Source of the DNA: a virus
IMG/VR virus record: IMGVR_UViG_3300037882_002578
Span: 32,001 to 96,000 of that record
Length of the DNA stretch: 64,000 bases
Strand: one strand, 5' to 3'
Positions 19,748 to 28,960 of the stretch are shown piece after piece. The position numbers were made by a program, and so were the translations under genes. Below the pieces are notes generated by a model, which was given only the letters and a program-made list of their open reading frames with translations, did not search any database and was not told the origin of the DNA. Numbering within the stretch: the stretch's first letter is position 1; the number at the start of each line of letters is the position of its first letter.

Positions 19748-20351
19748 ATACATTAAAGGCGAAAAAAGAGTCTTTAGACATTCTAAACACAATCCAAAAA
19801 ATCTTAATCATATAAAAAGAAAGCCAAAAGAAGCTGATAATAAAGAAGTAGAAAAGAGAGCTTTTGTAAATACTATTGATTTAAGAAGTAATAAAAAGTT
19901 ACTACAACATTTAGAAAAAACTTTAAACTTATCAGAAAAAGGACTTACAAAAAAAGAAATATTCAGTATAATATATCAAACTTTAAAAATAATTGGAGAA
20001 AGAACTGTTAGAAACGAAGCAGGAGTTTTTATTAAAGATTTTGGATATTTTTGCGTAGTGAGATACCCTCAAAGAAGAATAATGGAAGGTTTTGTACAAG
20101 GTAAAAAAAAGAAGTACATGAACTTTCAAACTAAAGGATACCCTCACAGTATAACTTTTATATCTATAAGAAAAGATAATTTATTGAAAGAGTGGGTAAT
20201 GGAAAGAGCTTTTCACAAATACCACACAACAAGAATAATGTCCGAACTTTTAAAAGAAGGAAAAAAATATAAAATGAATTTTTCACTACTTTATAATTTG
20301 TACGGAAACAGAATATACACAGTAGATGTAATTAAAAAAGAAAAAAATTGA
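19734..20351 (+). CDS. IHF/HU-like DNA-binding protein
   Basis: LTKKEIFSIIYQTLKII...VFIKDFGYFCVV matches the HU/IHF fold pattern; same position as in crAss-like tail modules. Confidence 0.65.
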   Translation: MKVARYIKGEKRVFRHSKHNPKNLNHIKRKPKEADNKEVEKRAFVNTIDLRSNKKLLQHLEKTLNLSEKGLTKKEIFSIIYQTLKIIGERTVRNEAGVFIKDFGYFCVVRYPQRRIMEGFVQGKKKKYMNFQTKGYPHSITFISIRKDNLLKEWVMERAFHKYHTTRIMSELLKEGKKYKMNFSLLYNLYGNRIYTVDVIKKEKN

Positions 20352-21235
20352 CAACACGTAGCCAACTTATAGCGGAGGTTTTAACTAGCTTAAAAAAATA
20401 CAATGAGAGTGGATTAATAGATATGATATCTTTAAATCTATGGACAAAAAATGCCTTGTTAAAATTTGGAGGAAACATAATGCCTAAAGTAGATAAAGTA
20501 CTTGAAGTTAAGAATGGCATGGCAAAATTACCTGAAAATTTTTACTCGTTATTTTTAGCAGCTAAATGTACTCCAGATAAAAGTGAGGTATTATGTGGAG
20601 AACAAGAGGAAGATACTTTACAAAACATTTATCAATATAGAGTTAGAACCGAAGCAAAAAAAGAATGGGATAACCTAGTAGATGATTTTAAGACAGGAGA
20701 GTTTATAGAAATAACTGAAAAACTCTTTTTTCACGATGGAAGGACTCAAATAGAATTTAAATATAGAAACCCTCAACTTTTAAAGTTAACCAGAGGATTT
20801 AAAAAAGATAGGCTTTGTGGTAATAATCTAAACCTACAAAAAAATTTAACAAACTCTTGCCCTTACGAGATAAACATACTAGGAGATTATATACAAACTA
20901 ATTTTAATACAGGATTTATTTACATACAATACCAAGGGTTACCAACAGAAGAAGATACAGATGATTTAATCATTCCAGAAGTTACAGGTAATTACGTTTA
21001 TGAATATATTGAAGCAGAGTTAAAGAAAAGAATATTTCAAGATTTATGGAACAACGGAGACGACCTAGACGTTCAAAATAAGTTAGTATATTGGACACGA
21101 GAATCGGCGGATAAATTTTCAAATGCAATGACTGCTGCAAAATTTGAAGGAATGGGAGGAAAATGGTGGAAAGAGTTAGCCTTAAATCACAAAAAAAGAA
21201 ACAGAATATATCAGCAATTTGCTTTCGGTAAATAA
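20348..21235 (+). CDS. Tail tubular protein (P22 gp4-like ring)
   Basis: TTG start, 295 aa, immediately upstream of the stabilization gene; YIQTNFNTGFIYIQYQGLP motif. Confidence 0.6.
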   Translation: MTTRSQLIAEVLTSLKKYNESGLIDMISLNLWTKNALLKFGGNIMPKVDKVLEVKNGMAKLPENFYSLFLAAKCTPDKSEVLCGEQEEDTLQNIYQYRVRTEAKKEWDNLVDDFKTGEFIEITEKLFFHDGRTQIEFKYRNPQLLKLTRGFKKDRLCGNNLNLQKNLTNSCPYEINILGDYIQTNFNTGFIYIQYQGLPTEEDTDDLIIPEVTGNYVYEYIEAELKKRIFQDLWNNGDDLDVQNKLVYWTRESADKFSNAMTAAKFEGMGGKWWKELALNHKKRNRIYQQFAFGK

Positions 21236-24200
21236 TGGAAAAACCTATAAAAAGTTTAAATGTTCCTAAAAAAGGAATGTCTAGAAAAAATCCCTTAGAA
21301 TTAGAAAATACAGAGTACTCCTTTGCAATGAATGCCAATTTGGAAAATTCATCAGAGGATTTTTTCAGTCTATCTAACGAGCAAAGTAACTTACTAGCTA
21401 ACAAATATAAACCAGGTTTTAAATTTATAGGAGGGGCAGTAGATACTCTTTCAAATACAACCTATGTTTTTTTGACAAACCCTATAACAGGAGAAGGGGA
21501 GTTTGGAAAATTAGAGGGTTTTGAGAATAATATTCAAATAGAAGAACCTTTAGAAAATACAGTTCAACAACCTTTACAAACGTATACTGCTTTACTCAAC
21601 GACACTTGTAATAACGGATTTAATTTTAACATTAACTTCCCAATAAAAAAGTGCATCATAAAAAATGAAAAAGGTTTAAAAATAATATACTTTACAGACA
21701 ATAGAAATGAACCTCGTTATATTGAAATAAATAAGCTAACTCAATATATAAATAGTCAAACAATAAGTTGTGGAGAACCTGTAGGAAACGTAAAGTGTTT
21801 TGATACAGATAAGATGAGGATTTTTAAAAATCACAATATACCCGACCTAATTCCAGCTTCCTTAGACCAAGGAGGAAAGTTAACAGAAGGCACTTATCAG
21901 TTTTTAATAGCTTATTCAGATGAAGCAGGTAATGAGCTATCTCAATATTATTCATTAACACAACCCGTGTCAATATTTGATGAGAATAATGTAGTTCAAG
22001 AAGCATTTAGTGAAATATCAATCACAACAAATTTTGCTATAAAATTAAAAGTTGAAGGATTAGATACCCAATACACTCATTATAAAGTTGCGGTTATACA
22101 AAATACAAATAATTCACAAACTTATTTTATAGAAGGGTTGCACACTATCGATGATAACAGTGTAGTTTATACAAGTCAAGAAAATAAAAAAACAATTAGT
22201 TTAGCTGAATTATTAAAGATAAACGCAGAAGTAAAAAAAGCGGAGGGATTAGCAGTATCTAATAATGCTTTATTTTTATATGGGTTAGAATCAGAAAAAG
22301 AGTGGAACTTACAACCAGTAGTCAACTTTATAGGTCAGTCTGTTAAATGGCAAACTTCTATAGCTTCTGAAAACTTTTATGAAAACGGAATAAATAATAG
22401 TAAAAAAGGGTATAACAGAGATGAAGTGTACCCTTTAGCTATACAATTTCAAACAAATACAGGATATAAAACACCTATATACCCTCTAATAGGGAGACAA
22501 CCTACAGAAGAAGACTTAACAGAAGTGTTAAGTAATAACAAAGATAGACTCTCTATAGAAGCAAATAAGGTTAATTGTGCAACATCTGAAAGATTAAAAA
22601 GATGGCAGTTTTACAATGATGCAAAAGAAACAGATGTATGTTTAAGTGAAGATATACCTACTACTACAATAACAGAAACTATTGAGAAAACATCTATAGT
22701 TGAAAATGTGGTAACTATACCAGGAGCAACGTTTTCAGTTTTTGATACTCAAGAATATGAAAATCTTTCAGAACTTATAGAAGATAGTTTTGAAGACTGT
22801 TTTGACTACCCTTTTTGTGAATATTTAGACATTACAGACTATGAAAATCAAAATAATATCCCTGAATTTGAATCTGAATGTAATACACCAATTTTATTTT
22901 CAGAAAACCTGTCTTTAAAAAGTATATCAGGAGAATTAGCAACTAGAATACCAAGTGATTTTCCTATAGATTATGCTAAAATAATACCTTCTAATTATTG
23001 CCAAGTTTTTGAAACTAGTCAAGTAGACGGCTCTTTAGTTTTAGACGAAGAATTTCAAATTACATATATAAAAGAAACTTTACTGGATAAGTTTATATAT
23101 AAAAGACTCCCTGTTTTTTCAAACACTATTTGTAATACTCCAGAAGAAATACAAACTTTATCTATAAATACTTTTCCAGTTTCTAGTCAATATTTTATGT
23201 ATTATGGAGCAGATACTGTAGCTGAACTGCAAACTACTAAAGGAGCTACACCTCTTTCAGCAGAGTTTACAGACAAGATACATAAAGGAGCTTTATGGTA
23301 TAAAGGAAATTTTATAACAAGAGAAGAAATAATACTTGAAATAACAAAACAAAAACTCCCAGAAACTCCAGATGATAGTATTTCAAAAGGAAAGTTAGTA
23401 AGGGTATCTATATACAGTAACTGTAGTGCACCTCTACCTATATATAGTCAAATTATAAACTTAACAGATGGTTCTCAATACAAGTTAAGATTATCAGGGG
23501 GTATTCTATACTTAAAAGAAGGGTTTAATTCAGAGGTTAGTTTAGGAGTATTTAATGGCACAACTTTTTTAGTTTCTGTAGACTGCCCTATAAAACAAGT
23601 TATAGGTCAAGATGATGCAACTAGATATATAGTTGCTCCTACTAAAGGTTGTTTTTCTATAGTAATCAGAGATATAACTTACAGTAGAATTGATATTTCT
23701 TACACTTCAATAGTGCTAGATAAAAGACAAACTTATACTTCTGAATGTAGTTTTGAATTACCACAATTACAAAATTGTATAGTGTTACCTTATAAAAAAG
23801 GTGATTTTGCTTATATAGAAAGTATGGAAACATACCCTGACAATGCGGAGTTATACAATTCTAAAATATTAAACATAAGTCCTCAAGACTTTACAGATAC
23901 TGAGGAAAGATTAGAATTTGAGAGTATTTTTACAAATGGAGTTAACGAAGGAAGATATAATCTAACAGAACAGACAGATTATAGATGTGCTAACATTAGA
24001 CACTTTAAATTTCCAGACAATAAAACAGCTCCTTTTATGTGGGATAATTCTTTATCTGGATTTTCAGCTACTACTATATTTCCATTAGGGATAACTATAG
24101 ATGAAAAGACTATTAATACTTTTTTAAAAATTGCTGTAAAAAATAATTTAATAACTCAATCACAAAAAGATAGTATAGTAAGTTATGAAATATTTAGAGG

Positions 24201-26910
24201 AGATAGGACTGCAAATAGAAGTATAGAAGCTTCAGGTTATTTATTTGACATGAGAACTTATCAAGAAGACGGAAAAGATATCCTTTATTCAAATTACCCT
24301 TACAACGACTTAGGAGCAGACAAACTTAATTTAAATAATAATGATTCTATAATACCTCACAACAATCAAAGTAACTATAATTTCACATTTCACTCTCCAG
24401 AGACAGATTTTAAAAAATTAAACATACCTTCTGAGTTAAAAGTAGAAGGGTATATTTTTGGAAAATCAAGTGGAAATTTTGTAGATGTCAATGAGCACCC
24501 TAAATGGGTAATATTAGGTAGAAAAGCGAAATCTACAGCTACAACTTTAGCAATAATAGAAGCTGCATCTGAATTAGCAATAAGGTTAGCAGAATCAGCA
24601 GAAGTCTTTAGAGTAGGATTTGGATTAGCTAATAGTATAAATGTACCAGGAATAGTTTTGGCAAGTTTAACAGCTATAACAACAGCGATAAGGGCAGTAT
24701 CTCAAGTAGGAAGATACCGCTATGAGTGGTTAAAGACGTTTAGAGACTTAGGTAGTCCAAAAAACTTTGCTTACAAATATTCATCAGAGGGACACTATAA
24801 CTATATAAAAACACTTCAAGAGGAAGGAGATTTATTAAGAAGTATAAATGTAAGTAAAAGCTTAAAATCAGGAAACTACACAACAGTCAATGAGATAAGC
24901 GGAGAAAAGTTAGAAATAAACAACTTAGACCGAGAGTATAGTACGTTTATATCTTTAGGTAAGGACTTTCCAATAACATGGGAAGAAGAGTATAGAAGGT
25001 ATGATAACGGAATTTTAAATAGAAACTTATCTAGTTTAACTTATGCTAGTGAATCAAATTCTATGGAAGAGGGAAGGAGTAATAATATAATAAAAAATAT
25101 AGCTTCTCCTTATGTTAAATTAAAAAACTATAATCCTGCTCAATATGGAAGTATAAACAGCATATCTTGGATTAATACAGGTTATAGAGGAGATTTAAAA
25201 AATCCTTCTAGTAATTGTATAACTATTTTAGGAGGAGACACTTTCATAACAAGATATCATTTAAAAAGAAAAATACCTATATTTGTAACAGATGCTATGG
25301 GAATAGCCTCTTTAACACCATTTGATTATAGAAAATATACAAATATAGGAAGAAAAGCTAGATTTTTTTGTGATTATGAAATAACAGGAGATTTCAGCAG
25401 AGGAAACATTATATTTCCAGACTTTGATAGTAGTTATAACTTTGATAGTGTAAAAGGAAACAGAGACATGTATTTAAGACCCCCAAGCAAGTTTTACTTG
25501 TATTACTATGGGATACCTGGAATAATAACAGAAACAGAAATAAATACTAACTATAGAACAGCAAGAAAAGAACCTGAAAACGATTTTTATCCTAATGTAG
25601 GCGACCATGTAGATTGGACTCAAGAAAATAATGTATCAATAAAAAAACCAAATCAATTTTTCTATAACAAAGTTTTTTCACAGACTGCCACACAACTTTT
25701 TTATAAAACGTTACCAAATAATTATACAGAGACAGAAGCTTTAAGGCAATCTAAAACCCCTAACGGAGTTAGATATAGCTTACAAGACAATTCAGAAACA
25801 GGTAACTACGACCCTTGGTTAGTATTTAGAACTAATGATTTTTATGAGTTTCCAACTTCATTCGGTAAATTGAAAGAGTTGAAAGGGATAGAAAATGAGG
25901 TTATATTGGGTAGATTTGAAAATAATGTAGCTTACTTTAATACAACTGATATAGCTGTACAAGGGCTTTTTCAAAATGACAATATTTTTGGTAACGGAGG
26001 TATTTTTACTAGAAACAAACCAAGAACTTTTTCAGAAACAGAGTTAGGATTTGGAGGAACACAAAGTTCAGAAAGTATTTCTTGTGAATATGGACATTTT
26101 CACGTAGACGCAAAGAGAGGGCAGGTAATGCAAACAGTTGCTGGGAAAGCTCCTGTAGAAATATCAGGTTATGAATCAAATCTTAGAAATTGGTTTAAAG
26201 AACACTTACCCTTTAAAATATTAAAATCAAATATACCAGGAATAGATTTAGATAACCCTTACAATGGTATAGGAATAACTATGGGATGGGATAGCAGATT
26301 TAATAGAGTTTTCTTGACAAAAAAAGATTATATACCTATAAACGACTGCATAGAATATTCTCAAGAAGAAGGTTTTCTACTAAATCAATCTAAATGTGAG
26401 ATAGTCCCTCCAATTATAGATTGTCCCGAAGGTTACACTTATAATGAGGAAACTCAAATGTGTGAAAGAACAGTATTAAGTGGAAATTTATGCCCTAACG
26501 GTTATACTTATAACGAAGAAAACAGTACATGTGTTTTAGTGAGCACTAGTTTAGCAGATTGTGAGCCTAGAATAAGCATATCTTTTTTAACAGCCTCCGC
26601 TAGTTTTGGAGAGCAATTAATAAGTTTTCAAGGATTAACAGCTAGTGAAGCAAAATGCACATGGTTTGAAAACAGTTTTCAAAGACAATATATTCCTTGG
26701 TACGTAGAAGAATTTCCTTTGATTGTAGGGCAACAAATTTATTTAAACTCGGTAGGTTCAGGACTAGTTACAGCAACAACAATGACAATAGTTAAGAGTT
26801 TAAATAATGGAGAAGGAGTATCTTTTCCTTCTGAAAGTGACTACGCAGTAAATATAGTAAACGGAGTAATACAAAGTATAATTCAATTATCTCAACTACC
26901 AACTTGTTAA
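21235..26910 (+). CDS. Tail stabilization / muzzle protein (P22 gp10-like), N-terminal part
   Basis: 1891 aa, YSFAMNAN start motif, beta-propeller-type segments (GHFHVDAKRGQV, GWDSRFNRVFLTKKDY), then CPxGY repeats. Confidence 0.7.
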   Translation: MEKPIKSLNVPKKGMSRKNPLELENTEYSFAMNANLENSSEDFFSLSNEQSNLLANKYKPGFKFIGGAVDTLSNTTYVFLTNPITGEGEFGKLEGFENNIQIEEPLENTVQQPLQTYTALLNDTCNNGFNFNINFPIKKCIIKNEKGLKIIYFTDNRNEPRYIEINKLTQYINSQTISCGEPVGNVKCFDTDKMRIFKNHNIPDLIPASLDQGGKLTEGTYQFLIAYSDEAGNELSQYYSLTQPVSIFDENNVVQEAFSEISITTNFAIKLKVEGLDTQYTHYKVAVIQNTNNSQTYFIEGLHTIDDNSVVYTSQENKKTISLAELLKINAEVKKAEGLAVSNNALFLYGLESEKEWNLQPVVNFIGQSVKWQTSIASENFYENGINNSKKGYNRDEVYPLAIQFQTNTGYKTPIYPLIGRQPTEEDLTEVLSNNKDRLSIEANKVNCATSERLKRWQFYNDAKETDVCLSEDIPTTTITETIEKTSIVENVVTIPGATFSVFDTQEYENLSELIEDSFEDCFDYPFCEYLDITDYENQNNIPEFESECNTPILFSENLSLKSISGELATRIPSDFPIDYAKIIPSNYCQVFETSQVDGSLVLDEEFQITYIKETLLDKFIYKRLPVFSNTICNTPEEIQTLSINTFPVSSQYFMYYGADTVAELQTTKGATPLSAEFTDKIHKGALWYKGNFITREEIILEITKQKLPETPDDSISKGKLVRVSIYSNCSAPLPIYSQIINLTDGSQYKLRLSGGILYLKEGFNSEVSLGVFNGTTFLVSVDCPIKQVIGQDDATRYIVAPTKGCFSIVIRDITYSRIDISYTSIVLDKRQTYTSECSFELPQLQNCIVLPYKKGDFAYIESMETYPDNAELYNSKILNISPQDFTDTEERLEFESIFTNGVNEGRYNLTEQTDYRCANIRHFKFPDNKTAPFMWDNSLSGFSATTIFPLGITIDEKTINTFLKIAVKNNLITQSQKDSIVSYEIFRGDRTANRSIEASGYLFDMRTYQEDGKDILYSNYPYNDLGADKLNLNNNDSIIPHNNQSNYNFTFHSPETDFKKLNIPSELKVEGYIFGKSSGNFVDVNEHPKWVILGRKAKSTATTLAIIEAASELAIRLAESAEVFRVGFGLANSINVPGIVLASLTAITTAIRAVSQVGRYRYEWLKTFRDLGSPKNFAYKYSSEGHYNYIKTLQEEGDLLRSINVSKSLKSGNYTTVNEISGEKLEINNLDREYSTFISLGKDFPITWEEEYRRYDNGILNRNLSSLTYASESNSMEEGRSNNIIKNIASPYVKLKNYNPAQYGSINSISWINTGYRGDLKNPSSNCITILGGDTFITRYHLKRKIPIFVTDAMGIASLTPFDYRKYTNIGRKARFFCDYEITGDFSRGNIIFPDFDSSYNFDSVKGNRDMYLRPPSKFYLYYYGIPGIITETEINTNYRTARKEPENDFYPNVGDHVDWTQENNVSIKKPNQFFYNKVFSQTATQLFYKTLPNNYTETEALRQSKTPNGVRYSLQDNSETGNYDPWLVFRTNDFYEFPTSFGKLKELKGIENEVILGRFENNVAYFNTTDIAVQGLFQNDNIFGNGGIFTRNKPRTFSETELGFGGTQSSESISCEYGHFHVDAKRGQVMQTVAGKAPVEISGYESNLRNWFKEHLPFKILKSNIPGIDLDNPYNGIGITMGWDSRFNRVFLTKKDYIPINDCIEYSQEEGFLLNQSKCEIVPPIIDCPEGYTYNEETQMCERTVLSGNLCPNGYTYNEENSTCVLVSTSLADCEPRISISFLTASASFGEQLISFQGLTASEAKCTWFENSFQRQYIPWYVEEFPLIVGQQIYLNSVGSGLVTATTMTIVKSLNNGEGVSFPSESDYAVNIVNGVIQSIIQLSQLPTC

Positions 26911-26919
26911 AATAAAAAT

Positions 26920-27855
26920 ATGGCTTGTAACTGCCCAAATATAAATTGTACTCAAGAAACTATAAATGATATTGTTTACTGTAATTGTGAAACAATATTA
27001 CAAAACGTAGCTTGCCCAGAAGGTTGTAAAACTATAAGACAACCTAATGGAAATGCTATATGTGAATGTGTAGAAAGTGTTGAACCTACAGTAACTGACA
27101 TAAAAGTTCCTGTAGAGCTTACAAACCCAGAATATTTTAAAGATGTAAGTTTTACAATAGCTTACAGCCCTATTTTAGAAAAATGGATTAGTTATTATAG
27201 TTTTGCACCAAACTATTACTTAAATCATCAAAACTATTTCCAAACAGGAATTAACAATTCAAATGATTCAAGTGAATTAGGTTTGTGGAGTCATTTACTA
27301 ACAAATCAATCCTACCAAGTATTTTATGGTAAAAAGTATCCTTTCATAATAGATTATACAGTTAAAACGTCTTTGACATCAAAAGAGGTAAATTCTATAA
27401 ACTTTAATTTAAATACTAGAAGATACCATGACGAATATGATTGGTCAGAAATAGAAAACAAACCTATGTCAGCAGTGACAGTTTACAACAATTTAGCTAA
27501 CAGTGGAGAGTTAAGACTTGTAAATAATACGGGGCAAACAAACTTAATAAGTAAATATCCAAAAACAGCTTTAAATGGAAGCAGTCAAGAAATATTAGCA
27601 ACTTACAAAGAGGAACAGTGGTTTATAAACTATTTTTATAATAGAGTTGTAGATAATAATCAAAACAAACCTTTATGGCTTTGGGATGAAAATCAAATAA
27701 ATAAGACTATTAATACAGACGCAGTAAAGTTTAAAGGTAAGCCTGTCCTAGAGAAAATTAAAGGTATGTTTGCAAATGTAAGATTAACTCAAGATGTTGA
27801 AACACAATTCCAATATGTTTACAGATTTGGAGTAACAAATGAAAAACCAGAGTAA
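26920..27855 (+). CDS. Tail stabilization protein, C-terminal part
   Basis: After a Cys-rich leader it continues the propeller-like sequence (SFTIAYSPILEKWISYYSFAPNYY); same frame as the previous ORF. Confidence 0.6.
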   Translation: MACNCPNINCTQETINDIVYCNCETILQNVACPEGCKTIRQPNGNAICECVESVEPTVTDIKVPVELTNPEYFKDVSFTIAYSPILEKWISYYSFAPNYYLNHQNYFQTGINNSNDSSELGLWSHLLTNQSYQVFYGKKYPFIIDYTVKTSLTSKEVNSINFNLNTRRYHDEYDWSEIENKPMSAVTVYNNLANSGELRLVNNTGQTNLISKYPKTALNGSSQEILATYKEEQWFINYFYNRVVDNNQNKPLWLWDENQINKTINTDAVKFKGKPVLEKIKGMFANVRLTQDVETQFQYVYRFGVTNEKPE

Positions 27856-28958
27856 TGAGATTTAAAGAATATAAAGAAGGTGGAAAAATATCTGAAGATA
27901 AAAAAATATACGCTTACAACTATTATCTAAAAAAAGGAGTACCTGCAGTTCAAGCCGCAGGTATTGTAGGTAATTTAGCTGCTGAATCAGGGTTTAATAC
28001 AACTGTAGTAGGTAAGGCGGATAGCAAGCAAAGTCAAGGAATTGGGCAATGGCACAGCGAAAGGCTTAATGGACTTAAGAAGTTTGCAGGAAATAATTGG
28101 ACAACTTTAGATAGCCAACTTGATTATGTTTTACATGAGTTAAACACAACTGAGAAAAAAGCTAAAACATCTTTATTCTCAGCTAAAACACCTCAAGAAG
28201 CAGCTATAGCTTTTATGAACGATTATGAAAGACCTGCAGAGTGGGCTAAAAAACAATCAGGGAGTAAAAGAGTTAACGAATCTTTAAAGCTTTTAGGTTT
28301 AACATCAGACCCTAATTATTCTTACGGTTCAGAAAATTATAACCCTTACAGGTTTGACGAATATAAAAGAACAGACTTCTATGAACCTCAAGTAATTGAA
28401 AATATAAGTAGTTTGGATAACAAACAAGAAAACACTAATTTAGCAGAAGATAAAGCAACAGAAATTAAAAATAGATTAGAACAGAAAAAAGCAGAAAAAG
28501 CTTTACTTCAACAAATGATTCTGGCAACTCAAGTAGTTTATGTAAACCCTGCCGATTACCAATCTCAACCTACATTTGAAGAGCCTGAGCAAGAATTTAA
28601 AAACGGAGGAGAAAAAAACTCTTTATGGAAAAACATAAGAGCTAATAGAGGTTCAGGGAGAAAACCAACAAAAGAAATGTTGGAACAGGAAAGAAAGATT
28701 AAAAGAAAAGAAGATGGCGGGGCAATACCAATAAGCTCACAAGGAATGTACGAGTATAAAAATCAAGAGGTTATTGTACCTACTAACGGATTAATAACAA
28801 TGAAAAATATTCCTCATGATATATTAGGGATTTCTCAAGAAACAGGTCAACAAATTTTAATGAAACCTGAAAAAGAGTACTTCTTTCCAAATACTCAAAA
28901 CGTACTAGAAATTCCGCAAATAAAATCAAGAATAAAAACAAAAAGATTTTCAAAATAA
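27855..28958 (+). CDS. Virion cargo protein with phage tail lysozyme (Phage_lysozyme2-like) domain
   Basis: AAGIVGNLAAESG...GIGQWHSERL...QLDYVLHEL...AAIAFMNDYERP motifs. Confidence 0.8.
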   Translation: MRFKEYKEGGKISEDKKIYAYNYYLKKGVPAVQAAGIVGNLAAESGFNTTVVGKADSKQSQGIGQWHSERLNGLKKFAGNNWTTLDSQLDYVLHELNTTEKKAKTSLFSAKTPQEAAIAFMNDYERPAEWAKKQSGSKRVNESLKLLGLTSDPNYSYGSENYNPYRFDEYKRTDFYEPQVIENISSLDNKQENTNLAEDKATEIKNRLEQKKAEKALLQQMILATQVVYVNPADYQSQPTFEEPEQEFKNGGEKNSLWKNIRANRGSGRKPTKEMLEQERKIKRKEDGGAIPISSQGMYEYKNQEVIVPTNGLITMKNIPHDILGISQETGQQILMKPEKEYFFPNTQNVLEIPQIKSRIKTKRFSK

Positions 28959-28960
28959 TT

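Noticed and set aside
26908-26922. Programmed TAA read-through as the main explanation for the split muzzle gene
   Set aside because: In-frame arrangement has a one-in-three chance, TAA is rarely read through, and the second ORF has a normal A-rich leader and ATG.
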